Positions 8,610-18,566 of a DNA stretch of 64,000 bases are shown here, piece after piece (position 1 is the first letter of the stretch; each line of letters starts with the position of its first letter). The DNA lies in contig CAWBDN010000001.1 of assembly GCA_963787575.1 (NCBI GenBank), forward strand, positions 5,267-69,266, given 5' to 3'. This stretch comes from an uncultured Acidobacteriaceae bacterium. GTDB taxonomy: Bacteria > Acidobacteriota > Terriglobia > Bryobacterales > Bryobacteraceae. The translations under genes and the position numbers were made by a program. Under the pieces are notes generated by a model. That model did no database searches, was not told the origin of the DNA, and worked only from the letters and a program-made list of their open reading frames with translations.

Positions 8610-11025
8610 CAGGCTCGATTCGCATGGCCCGAACGGCCGGCAGAAACGATGCCAGAATGGTGGCCGCCATAAGAATCACTCCCGTAACAACGAAGGCGGA
8701 TGGATCGAAGCGTGAAACGCCGAAAAGCAACCCCTCGAGCGAGCGTGTGAGAAATAGCGCGCCAGCGACGCCGACCACGACGCCGACCACACCGAGCATC
8801 AGGCCTTGACTGATCACTTGCAACAGAAGCTGCCACGGCTCAGCGCCGAGCGCCATCTTAATGCCAAATTCGGAAGTACGCTGCTCAACCGAGTACGAGA
8901 TGACGCCGTAAATGCCCACTGTTGCCAGCCCAAGCGCCAGTACGGAGAACATAGTCAGCACAAGGGTCAGGAAGCGCGGGCGCGCCGTCGCCGCTGCAAT
9001 GACGTCGTTCATCGTGCGAACCTTGGCGACTGGGACGCTGGGATCTATCGATGTCACAGCGCGACGAACTGCACCTGCCAACGAAAGAGGATTGCCGGTA
9101 GTTCTCACCACCACGCTCGCATCAGTCAAACCATTGCCTCCGGTGAGGGCTCTATAAGGCAGGAACAACTCGGTTCCCGCCGGTTTGTCCACGCCACCGT
9201 TCTTAATGTCGCCAACAACGCCGACAACCGTGAACCATGACCCGTTACTGCCGCTCGGACGAACTCGCCTCCCGATGGCGGATTGATGAGGCCAGAAGGT
9301 ATTTGCCATGGCGGCATTGACTACAACACCCGGCGTACTCTTGTTTCCATCGCGCGGCTCCAGAAACCGACCTTCAATCAGGCGAGCGCCAAGAGTCTCG
9401 AAGAAATGATCGCCGGCGATTTGATAGTAGGCGACGTTTTGAATCGGCCCGTTCGGCACGGGTACAAAACCCTCGACCGTCGTGTCGTTGTCGTTTTCCC
9501 TGCGTAGAGGCGGCAACCCATACATCATCGTTGCCGATTTGACACCCGGTAACGCGCTTAGCCGGTCCTGCAGAAGTTTCCAAAAGTTCTGTGCCCGGCC
9601 TACATCTTTGTAAGTTGCGTTGGGCAGACTCACGTTGAGCGCCAGCATCCGATCCGGGTTGAATCCCGGGTTGACCTGCTGGAGCTTCCAAAATCCGCGC
9701 ACCATCAGTCCGGCGCCCGCCACCAGCAGAAAGGCCATGCTCATTTGCGTAATCACGAGCGCGCCACGGAAACGAGTAGATGCTGTATTTGCCGATGAGC
9801 GGCCGCTGGATGCTTTCAACGTTTCGTAGACCCGGATGGCCGAGACATGGATGAAAGGAGCGAGCCCGAAAACGACGCCTGTGAGCAATGAGACGATAAG
9901 GGTAAATAGCAGGACGAACCAGTCCAGCCGAATTTCGTCAGCGCGCGGGATACTTCCGGAATTCGTAGCCACAATCAATTTCAGACTGGCTCCGGCAAGT
10001 GCGAGGCCAAGCACGGCACCGGCTACGGAAAGGAGGGCGCCCTCGACGATGAACTGCTTCAGGAGGCGCCCGGTGGACGCCCCAATGGCCCGGCGGATAG
10101 CTACTTCACGCTGCCGGGCTTCGCTTCGGGCGAGCAGAAGGTTCGCCACATTCACGCATGCGATCAGCAGAACGAAAACCACCGCGCCAAGGAGAAGAAG
10201 CATGGACTTGCGAACGCCCCCGACGACCTCGTCGTAAAACGAATACATAGAAACAGGGTGAATCCGTGGGCTGAATACATGATGCCCGGGCGACAACGCC
10301 TCTCCCCAGCGTGCGACCAGACGCGACATTTCGTCTCGCGCCTGCGCCAACGAAACGCCGGGACGGAGCCGCCCCAGAACGTTGTAATTGTGGCCTCCCC
10401 GGTTGGTGCTCTTGGAATTCAACTGCAAGGCGCTCCAAGCTTCCGTCTCGTCCACCTGGCCTGGAGGAAAAACGAAGCTCTTGGGCATGACGCCGATTAC
10501 CGTTGCTTTCGCACCGTTCAGGTACGTGTCTTTTCCCAGGATGTTCGGATCTCCAGCGAACGCACGCTTCCACAGCCCATAGGAAAGGATCACGACCGGA
10601 GCCGCGCCGGGAACGTCATCTTGCAGCGTGATGAGATGGCCCAGAAGAGGTTTGGCATCGAGTATTTGCAGCAGGTCGGCGCTTGCATAGGTGGTCGTCA
10701 CACGCAGAGGTTGGTTCAGCCCTGCAATGTTACTTCCCGTGGTCGCCCACGCGCCGATTGTCTGGAACGATTGCGCGGTTTTTAGATCGAAAACTTCGGG
10801 TTCCGAGACCCAGAACTTGTGAAGACCTCCGCCCGGGAAAGTCGGGAATTCGGTATAGATCCGGACAAGCTGATCGGAATTCCGATAGGGCAGCGGTCGC
10901 AGCACGACGGCGTTCACGATACTGAAGATCGCGGACGTCGCTCCGATGCCAAGCGTCAGGCAGATGAGTGCCGCCAGAGTGAATCCAGGCGTACGAAGGA
11001 GGGTACGAATCGCGTAGCGAAGCAT
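8587..11025 (-). CDS. ADOP-family duplicated orphan ABC permease (MacB/FtsX-type), with no adjacent ATPase
   Basis: The N-terminus 'MLRYAIRTLLRTPGFTLAALICLTLGIGATSAIFSIVNAVVLRPLPY' is typical, and there are two FtsX-like membrane modules. The ATG at 11025 overlaps the upstream stop (TAATG). Confidence 0.85.
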   Translation of the reverse strand: MLRYAIRTLLRTPGFTLAALICLTLGIGATSAIFSIVNAVVLRPLPYRNSDQLVRIYTEFPTFPGGGLHKFWVSEPEVFDLKTAQSFQTIGAWATTGSNIAGLNQPLRVTTTYASADLLQILDAKPLLGHLITLQDDVPGAAPVVILSYGLWKRAFAGDPNILGKDTYLNGAKATVIGVMPKSFVFPPGQVDETEAWSALQLNSKSTNRGGHNYNVLGRLRPGVSLAQARDEMSRLVARWGEALSPGHHVFSPRIHPVSMYSFYDEVVGGVRKSMLLLLGAVVFVLLIACVNVANLLLARSEARQREVAIRRAIGASTGRLLKQFIVEGALLSVAGAVLGLALAGASLKLIVATNSGSIPRADEIRLDWFVLLFTLIVSLLTGVVFGLAPFIHVSAIRVYETLKASSGRSSANTASTRFRGALVITQMSMAFLLVAGAGLMVRGFWKLQQVNPGFNPDRMLALNVSLPNATYKDVGRAQNFWKLLQDRLSALPGVKSATMMYGLPPLRRENDNDTTVEGFVPVPNGPIQNVAYYQIAGDHFFETLGARLIEGRFLEPRDGNKSTPGVVVNAAMANTFWPHQSAIGRRVRPSGSNGSWFTVVGVVGDIKNGGVDKPAGTELFLPYRALTGGNGLTDASVVVRTTGNPLSLAGAVRRAVTSIDPSVPVAKVRTMNDVIAAATARPRFLTLVLTMFSVLALGLATVGIYGVISYSVEQRTSEFGIKMALGAEPWQLLLQVISQGLMLGVVGVVVGVAGALFLTRSLEGLLFGVSRFDPSAFVVTGVILMAATILASFLPAVRAMRIEPVNALRYE

Positions 11026-12686
11026 TACTTGATGATCCCGCGGGCTTCGTCTATAGTTACGAACTGGTTCACTGAAAGGTTCTTGAAATCTTGGCGGGTT
11101 CCACTCGGCCATTCCACGGAAACTGAATTGACGACTTTGTCCTGGCCCAGGCCAAAGGTGAGAGCGAGATCGCTTTGTGAGCAGTAGCTCGAGCCGCTAT
11201 GGACCGTTTGCCACTGCTTACCCAACGCGCTCTCGATGCGAACGACCGCGCCCAAGGCGCTCCGGTTTGAGCGGCTTCCGATGAGGTGAACGTTCAGCCA
11301 GTGATTGTGATTGCCTCCTTGATTGACGTAAAGGAGCGGCGATCCGTCGTTTGTGCTGACCAAGACATCGAGATCGCCATCATGATCGAAATCGGCGTAC
11401 GCTGCGCCACGCGCAAGAATGGGGCGTTGAAAGTCCGCTCCAACGCTCTGGCTAATGTTCTCAAAATGCCCATTGCGCTCATTCCGGAAGAGGAGCGGAG
11501 GCTCGCGATATTGAACTTTGGATTGGATATGGTTGATATCCGGCTCGATGTGGCCGTTGCCGGCAAAAATGTCATCGTAGCCGTCCAGATCGAAGTCGAA
11601 AAAGAACACGCCGAAGGTCAGGCTCAGGAGACTGGCGCGGCCGACCGTCGAAGAAGGCGCCTCGTCCACAAAGAATCCTTTCCCCTCGTTGTGATACAGA
11701 CCGAGCATCTGATTAGCGAAATTGCCGACCAGCAGATGGGGCCTGCCGGAATGATCGTAATCGCCCGTATCCACGCCCATCGCTCCACGCGCCACGCCAT
11801 CCTCCCCGTAGGCGACACCGGCTTGCATGCCCTCTTCAGTAAATGTTCCGTTTCCGTTGTTCCTGTAAAGCTTGCTCGGTTGAGTGTCGTTCGATACGAA
11901 AATGTCCGGCCAGCCGTCGCCGTTGTAATCGAAGACGGCAACACCAAGAGACTTGCTGGTCGTATCTCCTAGCCCGGCTTTCTGCGTAACATCTTCGAAT
12001 TTGCCGCCTCCCAAATTGTGGTAGAGCTTCGAGGAAGTTCCTTTATAGGATTCCGGAGTGCAGTAGGATTTCGTGGCCCCATCGAGCGAGCACCACAGGT
12101 CGTTCCGCGGTGTCCAGGTGACGTAATTCGCGACAAAAAGATCGGCTTTGCCGTCGCGATCATAATCGAGCCAAGCGGCGCTTGTGCCAAAGTTGGCGTT
12201 GTGAATGCCGCTCTGGGCAGTTACATCGCGGAAACGGCCATGACCTTCGTTGTGAAAGAGGCGATCGCCTTCCAATGCCGTGATGTAAACATCAGGCAGT
12301 CCGTCGTTATCATAATCAGCAACAGCCACACCCATGCCGTACATTTCGACATCCAGGCCGCTGCCGCGCGTGATGTCTGTAAATGTGCCGTTATGATTGT
12401 TCCGATAGAGCCCAGGAAGCGACTTCTGAGTGTGCGGAGTGAAATCTCTGCCGTTGATGAGAAGAATGTCGGGCCAGCCGTCTCCGTCAAGGTCAACAAA
12501 AGCGCAGCCGGCTCCTAAGGTTTCGGGCAGATATTTCTTCCCGGTAGCTCCCGTGTGATGAGTAAAGTGGAGGCCCGCTCTTTTTGCGCATTCGACAAAT
12601 TGAATTCCGTTCACAATGGGCGTTGCGGCGAAACTGAACAGGCACAAACTGCCAGCGAGATTAAAAAAAATGCCGGATGTTTTCAT
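11025..12686 (-). CDS. Secreted FG-GAP repeat / ASPIC-UnbV (CRTAC1-like) protein
   Basis: The signal peptide is 'MKTSGIFFNLAGSLCLFSFA'. It has repeated 'D.D.DG..D' FG-GAP calcium motifs (e.g. 'ADYDNDGLPDVYI', 'FDYNGDGWPDIFV') and a C-terminal UnbV block 'ALGAVVRIES..GSSYCSQSDL..FGLG'. Confidence 0.85.
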   Translation of the reverse strand: MKTSGIFFNLAGSLCLFSFAATPIVNGIQFVECAKRAGLHFTHHTGATGKKYLPETLGAGCAFVDLDGDGWPDILLINGRDFTPHTQKSLPGLYRNNHNGTFTDITRGSGLDVEMYGMGVAVADYDNDGLPDVYITALEGDRLFHNEGHGRFRDVTAQSGIHNANFGTSAAWLDYDRDGKADLFVANYVTWTPRNDLWCSLDGATKSYCTPESYKGTSSKLYHNLGGGKFEDVTQKAGLGDTTSKSLGVAVFDYNGDGWPDIFVSNDTQPSKLYRNNGNGTFTEEGMQAGVAYGEDGVARGAMGVDTGDYDHSGRPHLLVGNFANQMLGLYHNEGKGFFVDEAPSSTVGRASLLSLTFGVFFFDFDLDGYDDIFAGNGHIEPDINHIQSKVQYREPPLLFRNERNGHFENISQSVGADFQRPILARGAAYADFDHDGDLDVLVSTNDGSPLLYVNQGGNHNHWLNVHLIGSRSNRSALGAVVRIESALGKQWQTVHSGSSYCSQSDLALTFGLGQDKVVNSVSVEWPSGTRQDFKNLSVNQFVTIDEARGIIK

Positions 12687-12688
12687 GT

Positions 12689-15148
12689 TTACGGCAGCGG
12701 CGCGGATTCGTGATCGTGAATCAATTGCCGTTCGTTGTTGTCTTCCGGGCTGATCATGCGGCGTTGCGCGGTAATCGTCTGAGACGCTTCGTCGGCCTTG
12801 AACCGCTGGAACAGAATCTGCTCCCGGTTGGCACTCGACGTATCGCCCAAACCCCGGTAGCACAGCATGGCTGTATAGTGCATCTGTACATCTTCAGGAT
12901 CGATATCACAGACGCGCTCGAGATAATCGATGGCTTTCGAATACTGGCGCTTAAGGAACAGAATGCGCGCAATCTGATTTAGAACCACTCGATCGCGCGG
13001 ATACTGGGACTCCACGTGCTCCAACGATTTCAGCGCGTCATCGTAGTTGCCATCGGCTTTTTCTATCATGGCGCGGAAGAAATAGATTCTGCCGAGAGAG
13101 GAGTTGATCTTCAGGGCTTGCTCCACAAATGGCTTGGCGGCATCCGTCTCACCCTCCTGAATCAATGCCCGTGCTACGTTCAGCCAACCGTCGGCATATC
13201 CCGGGTCCGCTTCGGTTGTCTTTCGAAAAGCGAACTCCGCTCCTTTCAGATCGCCTTGCAGCAATAATCCGATGCCCCAATCGTTCCACCGCTCCCGTGT
13301 GCCGGAGCGAGCGACGGAATTCCACTGCGGCGTTTCGGTGGAGACGGGAAGCGTAATGCGCGCCTCGGCGAGCGTGACAATTGGAAGATCGGGGATCTGT
13401 CCCTTAAGCCGGCCGGAAACATCGGCGGGAATATTCTTTGGATCGAAGCTGTATTCGAGACTGTTGCGGTCGCTCGCGAGCAGCAGCGAAGGTTGCCCCG
13501 GCTTCGGCTCGCCTGCATAGGAGAAGTGCGTGTAATACCAGGAAAACTTGCGATAGTTCAGTTTCGCGGCGAAGTGAATCCGGCCCTTCGCATCCGGCGG
13601 CACTCTCACCAGGAAATGGGCCACGTCGGCGGCCCCCGGCGGAATCAAGCGAGCATATAGAGTCGTCCGGGACTGCCAGGCGTTGCGTTTGTTAATAGGA
13701 TTTCCGAGGGCATCGAGTTGGTAAGAACGATAGAAGTGCGCGCCGGGTTCCACTGGGCCCTTGCCGTTCTCTTCCACTTTGCCGCTCCAGAAAATGGGCT
13801 TTCCAGCGTCATCCTGCGCTTCTAATTCGAGCCAAACATCGAAGGCGTCGACCGTTCCCCCCGGAAAGAAGTGGCCGATCGTTCGCGTTCGAACGACGAC
13901 ATCCATCCGTACCGTCTCGCCCGGCTGAAGCGAAGCGCTGGATAGATCGAGAGGGGCGGCAACCGCGCCGACTTTGCGAATCACTGCGGGGCCCGTCTGT
14001 TCGGCTTCCTCACCCACCGCAAATGACGTGTTGGCTTGGGGCGCCTCGCCGCGCCGGATCATCTCGGTGTCGGATTTTTGGCGGTTTACGGGGCTCATCG
14101 CCACGATATCCACGGTGACAAACCGGGATTTGAGGAACTTCTCTGTTACGTCCAGTTGCTCCTGATCTTTGTTCGCAAACGGCACAGCTGTATTAGCGGC
14201 CGGAAAACGATGGGAATGAACTTGTCCGTTGATATTGCCAGGATCGTGGGACTTCACTAGCGGCATGTGGCAATCCGCGCAGTTACTGGATTTAGCGGGA
14301 TAGTAAAACGAGCGAGCGCCCTGGCCGGACACGCCGCTCGCCTGCCAATTATCGTATTCGTTAAACCCTCGAAACCAGCGATATTCATTCACCGGGACAT
14401 CGAGGTGAACCTTATGGCATGCCGAACAAAATTCAGCGGAGCTCTCGCGCATAAAAGGCTTCATGAAGGTCCGGCGATGCGCCTCAGGAGCGGCATAGGT
14501 GACGAAATATTCCAGGCGTCGGATCACCGGGTTTGAGCTGCTGGCAATTTCATGCAGCGGGGGATAAGACATCGTAAAATCGCCGTTTCCCACGCTGCCG
14601 TTCACGTGCACAACGGAGTGGCACGACATGCAGCTCAGCCCGGCCTGAGCCTCCGGTGTGTCGATCTGCTCCTTGATTGGACGGTCGAAGCGGCCGTTGA
14701 AGAAGACCGCGTGATCGTGGCAGCCGGCGCACCACTTGCTGGGCTTTGTGCCCACCACGGACTGCATGTATTCAATGGATTTTCGATAGAACTGGTTGTT
14801 GAAAGAGGCGAAGTGATGAGCCGAACTCTGCCACTGGTTGTAAATATCGCGGTGGCATTCGCCACACTTCTTCGACTCCATAAAAAAACTGGACGGCACA
14901 AGATTTCCGTCCGAAGTCTTCGCGCCTGAAGGAAAGAAAGGACTGCGCGGTCCTGCGCCTTCCTGATCCATCGACAGCGGCACGACGCGCGAGTTGACAA
15001 TATGCGCTTGCGGGCGGACGATGTACCAGCGATAGGCAATGCCGCTTACCAGAACCACGGCCGCGGCGGTTAGGGAGAGCTTCGCCCAGAGGAAGTTCTG
15101 CCGACGTGAGAACAGAACGGCGACTGCGAACGAGCGAGAGAACCACAT
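12689..15148 (-). CDS. Multiheme c-type cytochrome (5 CXXCH) fused to C-terminal TPR repeats
   Basis: The heme motifs CGECH, CAGCH, CMSCH, CSACH and CADCH lie between nt 14267 and 14866. TPR-like repeats occupy the last ~200 aa. The stop lies 2 nt before the next gene's start. Confidence 0.8.
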   Translation of the reverse strand: MWFSRSFAVAVLFSRRQNFLWAKLSLTAAAVVLVSGIAYRWYIVRPQAHIVNSRVVPLSMDQEGAGPRSPFFPSGAKTSDGNLVPSSFFMESKKCGECHRDIYNQWQSSAHHFASFNNQFYRKSIEYMQSVVGTKPSKWCAGCHDHAVFFNGRFDRPIKEQIDTPEAQAGLSCMSCHSVVHVNGSVGNGDFTMSYPPLHEIASSSNPVIRRLEYFVTYAAPEAHRRTFMKPFMRESSAEFCSACHKVHLDVPVNEYRWFRGFNEYDNWQASGVSGQGARSFYYPAKSSNCADCHMPLVKSHDPGNINGQVHSHRFPAANTAVPFANKDQEQLDVTEKFLKSRFVTVDIVAMSPVNRQKSDTEMIRRGEAPQANTSFAVGEEAEQTGPAVIRKVGAVAAPLDLSSASLQPGETVRMDVVVRTRTIGHFFPGGTVDAFDVWLELEAQDDAGKPIFWSGKVEENGKGPVEPGAHFYRSYQLDALGNPINKRNAWQSRTTLYARLIPPGAADVAHFLVRVPPDAKGRIHFAAKLNYRKFSWYYTHFSYAGEPKPGQPSLLLASDRNSLEYSFDPKNIPADVSGRLKGQIPDLPIVTLAEARITLPVSTETPQWNSVARSGTRERWNDWGIGLLLQGDLKGAEFAFRKTTEADPGYADGWLNVARALIQEGETDAAKPFVEQALKINSSLGRIYFFRAMIEKADGNYDDALKSLEHVESQYPRDRVVLNQIARILFLKRQYSKAIDYLERVCDIDPEDVQMHYTAMLCYRGLGDTSSANREQILFQRFKADEASQTITAQRRMISPEDNNERQLIHDHESAPLP

Positions 15149-15416
15149 GAACGATGAGCACGCTCTTGTGATCGTGCGTATTACCGATGGCGGTGAGCAG
15201 AACTCCGGAGGCTGCGGCGACTACGATCCAAATGAGCCGCCGTTCCTTGCGCGAGAAAATCAGCGCCGCTATCCCGAGTGCCGCTCCGAGTCCGACGTGA
15301 AGCAGCAAGTTTGCGACATTGAACGCCGTTGCCATGGGGAATGCCCATAAGATCGCGCTGTTGACGAGCAGAACGGCTGCCGAGAGAACCGTGAGAATTG
15401 TGAGGCGGCGATTCAT
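15147..15416 (-). other. Segment of ~90 codons encoding three TM helices, out of frame with and abutting the cytochrome gene start
   Basis: The first 90 aa of ORF 14772..15416 ('MNRRLTILTVLSAAVLLVNSAILWAF..') form three clean hydrophobic helices. The rest of that ORF is the out-of-frame shadow of the cytochrome gene. Confidence 0.4.
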
Positions 15417-15423
15417 CGGATGT

Positions 15424-18400
15424 CTAATCTGAAGGTCTGACCGGAGCTAAGGGCCGGATAAGGCGCAGTGCCGGACGCGTGAGGTAGTCGCGCACGTACT
15501 GCCGGTGCCCGGCGTCGGACGGGAAATGCTCAATGTTCTCGTAAGGGTAGGCGCTCATGGCATGGAATGGCAGCGGCGTAACCGTTTGGCTGAATGCAGT
15601 ATTGGGATCCGCGTCCTTCGCCCAGCCATCGACCATCAGCAGGAAGTCGCGCGACCATCCCTGCGGCAAGCGGGGCAATCCCGTCGATGGATACTGCAGT
15701 TTTAATTCATCGCCCGAACCCATGATCACCAGTTCGTCATCCACGTTGCGCACGAGTGGCAGCACGTCCCCATAGCGTGTATACATTCCCGCTATAGGGT
15801 TCCAGTTGGATATGGGCCGGACTTGATCGTACAGAAATCGCTCCGGCTGCTGCCGTGCGGGGTCGATCACCGCCCGCGAGAAGCCGCGGAAATGCAAATT
15901 CGCGGACTCAGCATTCAAAGGGGTCAGGCGCACCTGCGGAGCGCGCGAGTCCTCCAACAGGAAGATTTCATCCCAATAGACACACAGATTGGTTACGATG
16001 CGTACTTCTCGCGAGCGCGAGAGAAATTTTCCGGTCAAGTCGACCACGATCGTTTTTGGTTTGCCCGATGGAATACCCATGTCTTCGACGACCGTCTTCC
16101 ATTGGCCGGAAGCGTCCTTGACCTGCAGATACGGGAAGACCAACCCGCCTTTGCCATCCTGGGAAGCCCCGAGGAAGGTGCTGCCGTCAGCCCAATCTAC
16201 CCACCCGTTTAATACGAGAGCGGCACGATTAGAAGCCGCCGGATGCCCGAAATCGAGATCGAGCGTGTGCAACTGTGCAACTCCCGCTGCATTGTGTGCG
16301 AAGCCGTCCGGATAGCGATGGTCCGTCCGAGCGACACGGTCGGTAACGTCGACTCCGCGATCGTCTATGGCGCGAACCGGGTGAATCTCGGTATCTCCCC
16401 CGAAGAGGCGAAACTCGGGATACGGTGGCGACTTAAACTTATCGTTCGTGTAGACGTGAACAGGCGACGGATGATCGACGGCAATGAGCTGAACCTTATC
16501 AAGATAGGAAACTTCGTGCAGCTCTTCGGTGATGTGAATCCTGTACTTGCCGTCTGCGGGCTTCAGCGCCGAACCTGGAATCTGAATATGCTCATCGTGA
16601 TTCACTGGAAAGTAATTTCCATCGCTCGAACTCGCCCCCAGCGGAGCCACGCCTAAGACATCGGTGATGAACTGAAATTTCTCGCCATTCCAGGTGAAGA
16701 TCATCGGGCAGGAACCGGAAAGCCGCTGTGCTTCGGCGATGGTCATCGCTCCTCCGCTCTTCTTTTGCGTTTCGTTCTGAATCAACCCATTGGGCCAGGT
16801 GATGCGGATCGTGTCGATGCCAGCATGTCCATCGGTAGCGAAGGCGAGCGGCGATCCGCGATAGATGCGCTTGTCGTAGAACGCTCCCGATTTCATTTCC
16901 ACCGTGGCGCCCATGGCGTTCTTCAGGTTCTTGACGCCCTGGATCCGAACACTGGCCCAACTCTGCCCGGGTGTGGCGTCCATATAAATATGAAGTGAAC
17001 CGTCGGGCAAGATCCGGGCGTAGTCTTCGCGGGTATCGCCGTTGAAATCTGCTCGGACCGGCGCTGCTGCTACACGGGCGTTTGCCGCCGCAATGAACCG
17101 CTCGGAATCGTTATGCACCGCCAACACCCTCGGGCTATAGCTGACGATGTCCAGCAGTCCGTCGTGGTTGAAATCCTGAATGTCCAGCGACGCGGCGCCT
17201 GCTGGAATCGCGGCAATGTCCACAGCTTCAAATATGCCGTTCAGCTCATCCCGGTACAAAACGCCCGGCCGATCCGCATAAGAGGCCACTACATCGCGTG
17301 CCGCCGTATCGCCTCGAATCGCGAACGCTATAGCATCGAGGGCAGTGCCCTTTACAAATGGAAATGCCGAAGTATGCTCCTCGAATTTCCCGTTGCCGTC
17401 ATTACGCATGAGAATGGGGTTTGGGCCGAAAAGCAGAAGATCAAGGTCGTAGTCATGATCGTAATCAAGCCAGAGCGCCTTTGTGACACCAGCAGTACCC
17501 GGGAGTTCGGCGAACTTCGCGAAAGTACCGCGATTGTTGCGGAATACCGCCGCGCCCGCGTCAGTCACGACGCATAAATCGGTTAAGCCGTCGTTATCGA
17601 AATCGCCCGCCGCAATGTCGCGGACGCCGCGGAGACCTTCGAGGCCGGAATTCTTTACAACCTCGCTGCCCCGCTTCAGGAGCGACACTCGATCCGGAGA
17701 CCAGACGAGAAGGTCGGAATGGCCGCTCCCCTCGGAATCGATCACCAGCATCGCGGTATCGGACGAATTCCAACCCGTGCTGATGCGGCGGTCGTCATAA
17801 TGCGTGGACTCATTGGCAGCAGATGGCCGCGGATCGGGCGGGTCGTAGAGCTCCGCGTAAAAGCACCACTCCATGTCTTCCTGAACAGCAGCGCCCTCGC
17901 CGCGCTTCTTCTCCTCCTCGAAAAGCCGGCGTTCGCGAGCCGCATTTTCCTTCTGTCCAGAGCGCTGATAAATAGTAAAGAGCTGAAAGTGGGGTCCAGC
18001 AAGGTTCGGATTCAACTTCTCCGATTCAACGAACTCCGGAAGCGCCGCTTCGAGATCGCCCTTTGATCGCAATACCGCGGCAAGATTGTAATGGCCTATC
18101 GGCTCGGCAGGAACCAGCCGGATGAAACCACGGAACTGCTCGATGGCCCTGTCATAATCGCCGGCATGCTTGTACGCGATGGCCAGGTTGAACCATGTGT
18201 GGGGAATAGCCGGATCCTCTTCCTGAGCGCGGAGCAGCTCTTTGACTCCGGGATCCGTTTGGCCCGCGCGGAGAAGCGCCAGTCCATAATTGATGCGCTC
18301 TCTTACTGAGCGAGGAGCAAGCTGGAGCGCAAGCCGTAATTGCTCGACAGCTTGAAGATGAGTGTCCGGGTTCTCATAGAAGGCCTTGCCGAGGTTGCGA

Positions 18401-18519
18401 TATTCCCAAAGGCGATTCTCGTTCAGGGGAATGTCGGCGGCTAACAAGAGCAAAGCGCAGAGCGCGAGCACGGCGGCGGAAGCCCTGAAACACATCATTG
18501 GATGGACAGAATCAATCAT
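15424..18519 (-). CDS. Large secreted TPR + FG-GAP + ASPIC/UnbV protein with an uncharacterised ~450 aa C-terminal domain
   Basis: It has N-terminal TPR repeats and FG-GAP motifs ('GDFDNDGLTDLCVV', 'DYDHDYDLDLLLF', 'DFNHDGLLDIV'). The UnbV-like block reads 'WASVRIQGVKNLKNAMGATVEMKSG'. Confidence 0.8.
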   Translation of the reverse strand: MIDSVHPMMCFRASAAVLALCALLLLAADIPLNENRLWEYRNLGKAFYENPDTHLQAVEQLRLALQLAPRSVRERINYGLALLRAGQTDPGVKELLRAQEEDPAIPHTWFNLAIAYKHAGDYDRAIEQFRGFIRLVPAEPIGHYNLAAVLRSKGDLEAALPEFVESEKLNPNLAGPHFQLFTIYQRSGQKENAARERRLFEEEKKRGEGAAVQEDMEWCFYAELYDPPDPRPSAANESTHYDDRRISTGWNSSDTAMLVIDSEGSGHSDLLVWSPDRVSLLKRGSEVVKNSGLEGLRGVRDIAAGDFDNDGLTDLCVVTDAGAAVFRNNRGTFAKFAELPGTAGVTKALWLDYDHDYDLDLLLFGPNPILMRNDGNGKFEEHTSAFPFVKGTALDAIAFAIRGDTAARDVVASYADRPGVLYRDELNGIFEAVDIAAIPAGAASLDIQDFNHDGLLDIVSYSPRVLAVHNDSERFIAAANARVAAAPVRADFNGDTREDYARILPDGSLHIYMDATPGQSWASVRIQGVKNLKNAMGATVEMKSGAFYDKRIYRGSPLAFATDGHAGIDTIRITWPNGLIQNETQKKSGGAMTIAEAQRLSGSCPMIFTWNGEKFQFITDVLGVAPLGASSSDGNYFPVNHDEHIQIPGSALKPADGKYRIHITEELHEVSYLDKVQLIAVDHPSPVHVYTNDKFKSPPYPEFRLFGGDTEIHPVRAIDDRGVDVTDRVARTDHRYPDGFAHNAAGVAQLHTLDLDFGHPAASNRAALVLNGWVDWADGSTFLGASQDGKGGLVFPYLQVKDASGQWKTVVEDMGIPSGKPKTIVVDLTGKFLSRSREVRIVTNLCVYWDEIFLLEDSRAPQVRLTPLNAESANLHFRGFSRAVIDPARQQPERFLYDQVRPISNWNPIAGMYTRYGDVLPLVRNVDDELVIMGSGDELKLQYPSTGLPRLPQGWSRDFLLMVDGWAKDADPNTAFSQTVTPLPFHAMSAYPYENIEHFPSDAGHRQYVRDYLTRPALRLIRPLAPVRPSD

Positions 18520-18566
18520 TTTATCGGACGGAATTCGAGGCAGGCATCAACTGATAGATTGATATT

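Noticed and set aside
11286-11972. Long ORFs antisense to well-supported genes, e.g. 11286..11972, 12018..12518, 25205..26005, 28018..28569, 43870..44358 and 46165..46686.
   Set aside because: They are mirror-frame ORFs of GC-rich coding regions. Their translations are low-complexity, Arg/Ala-rich and carry no motifs. Each lies entirely inside a gene with clear family signatures on the other strand.
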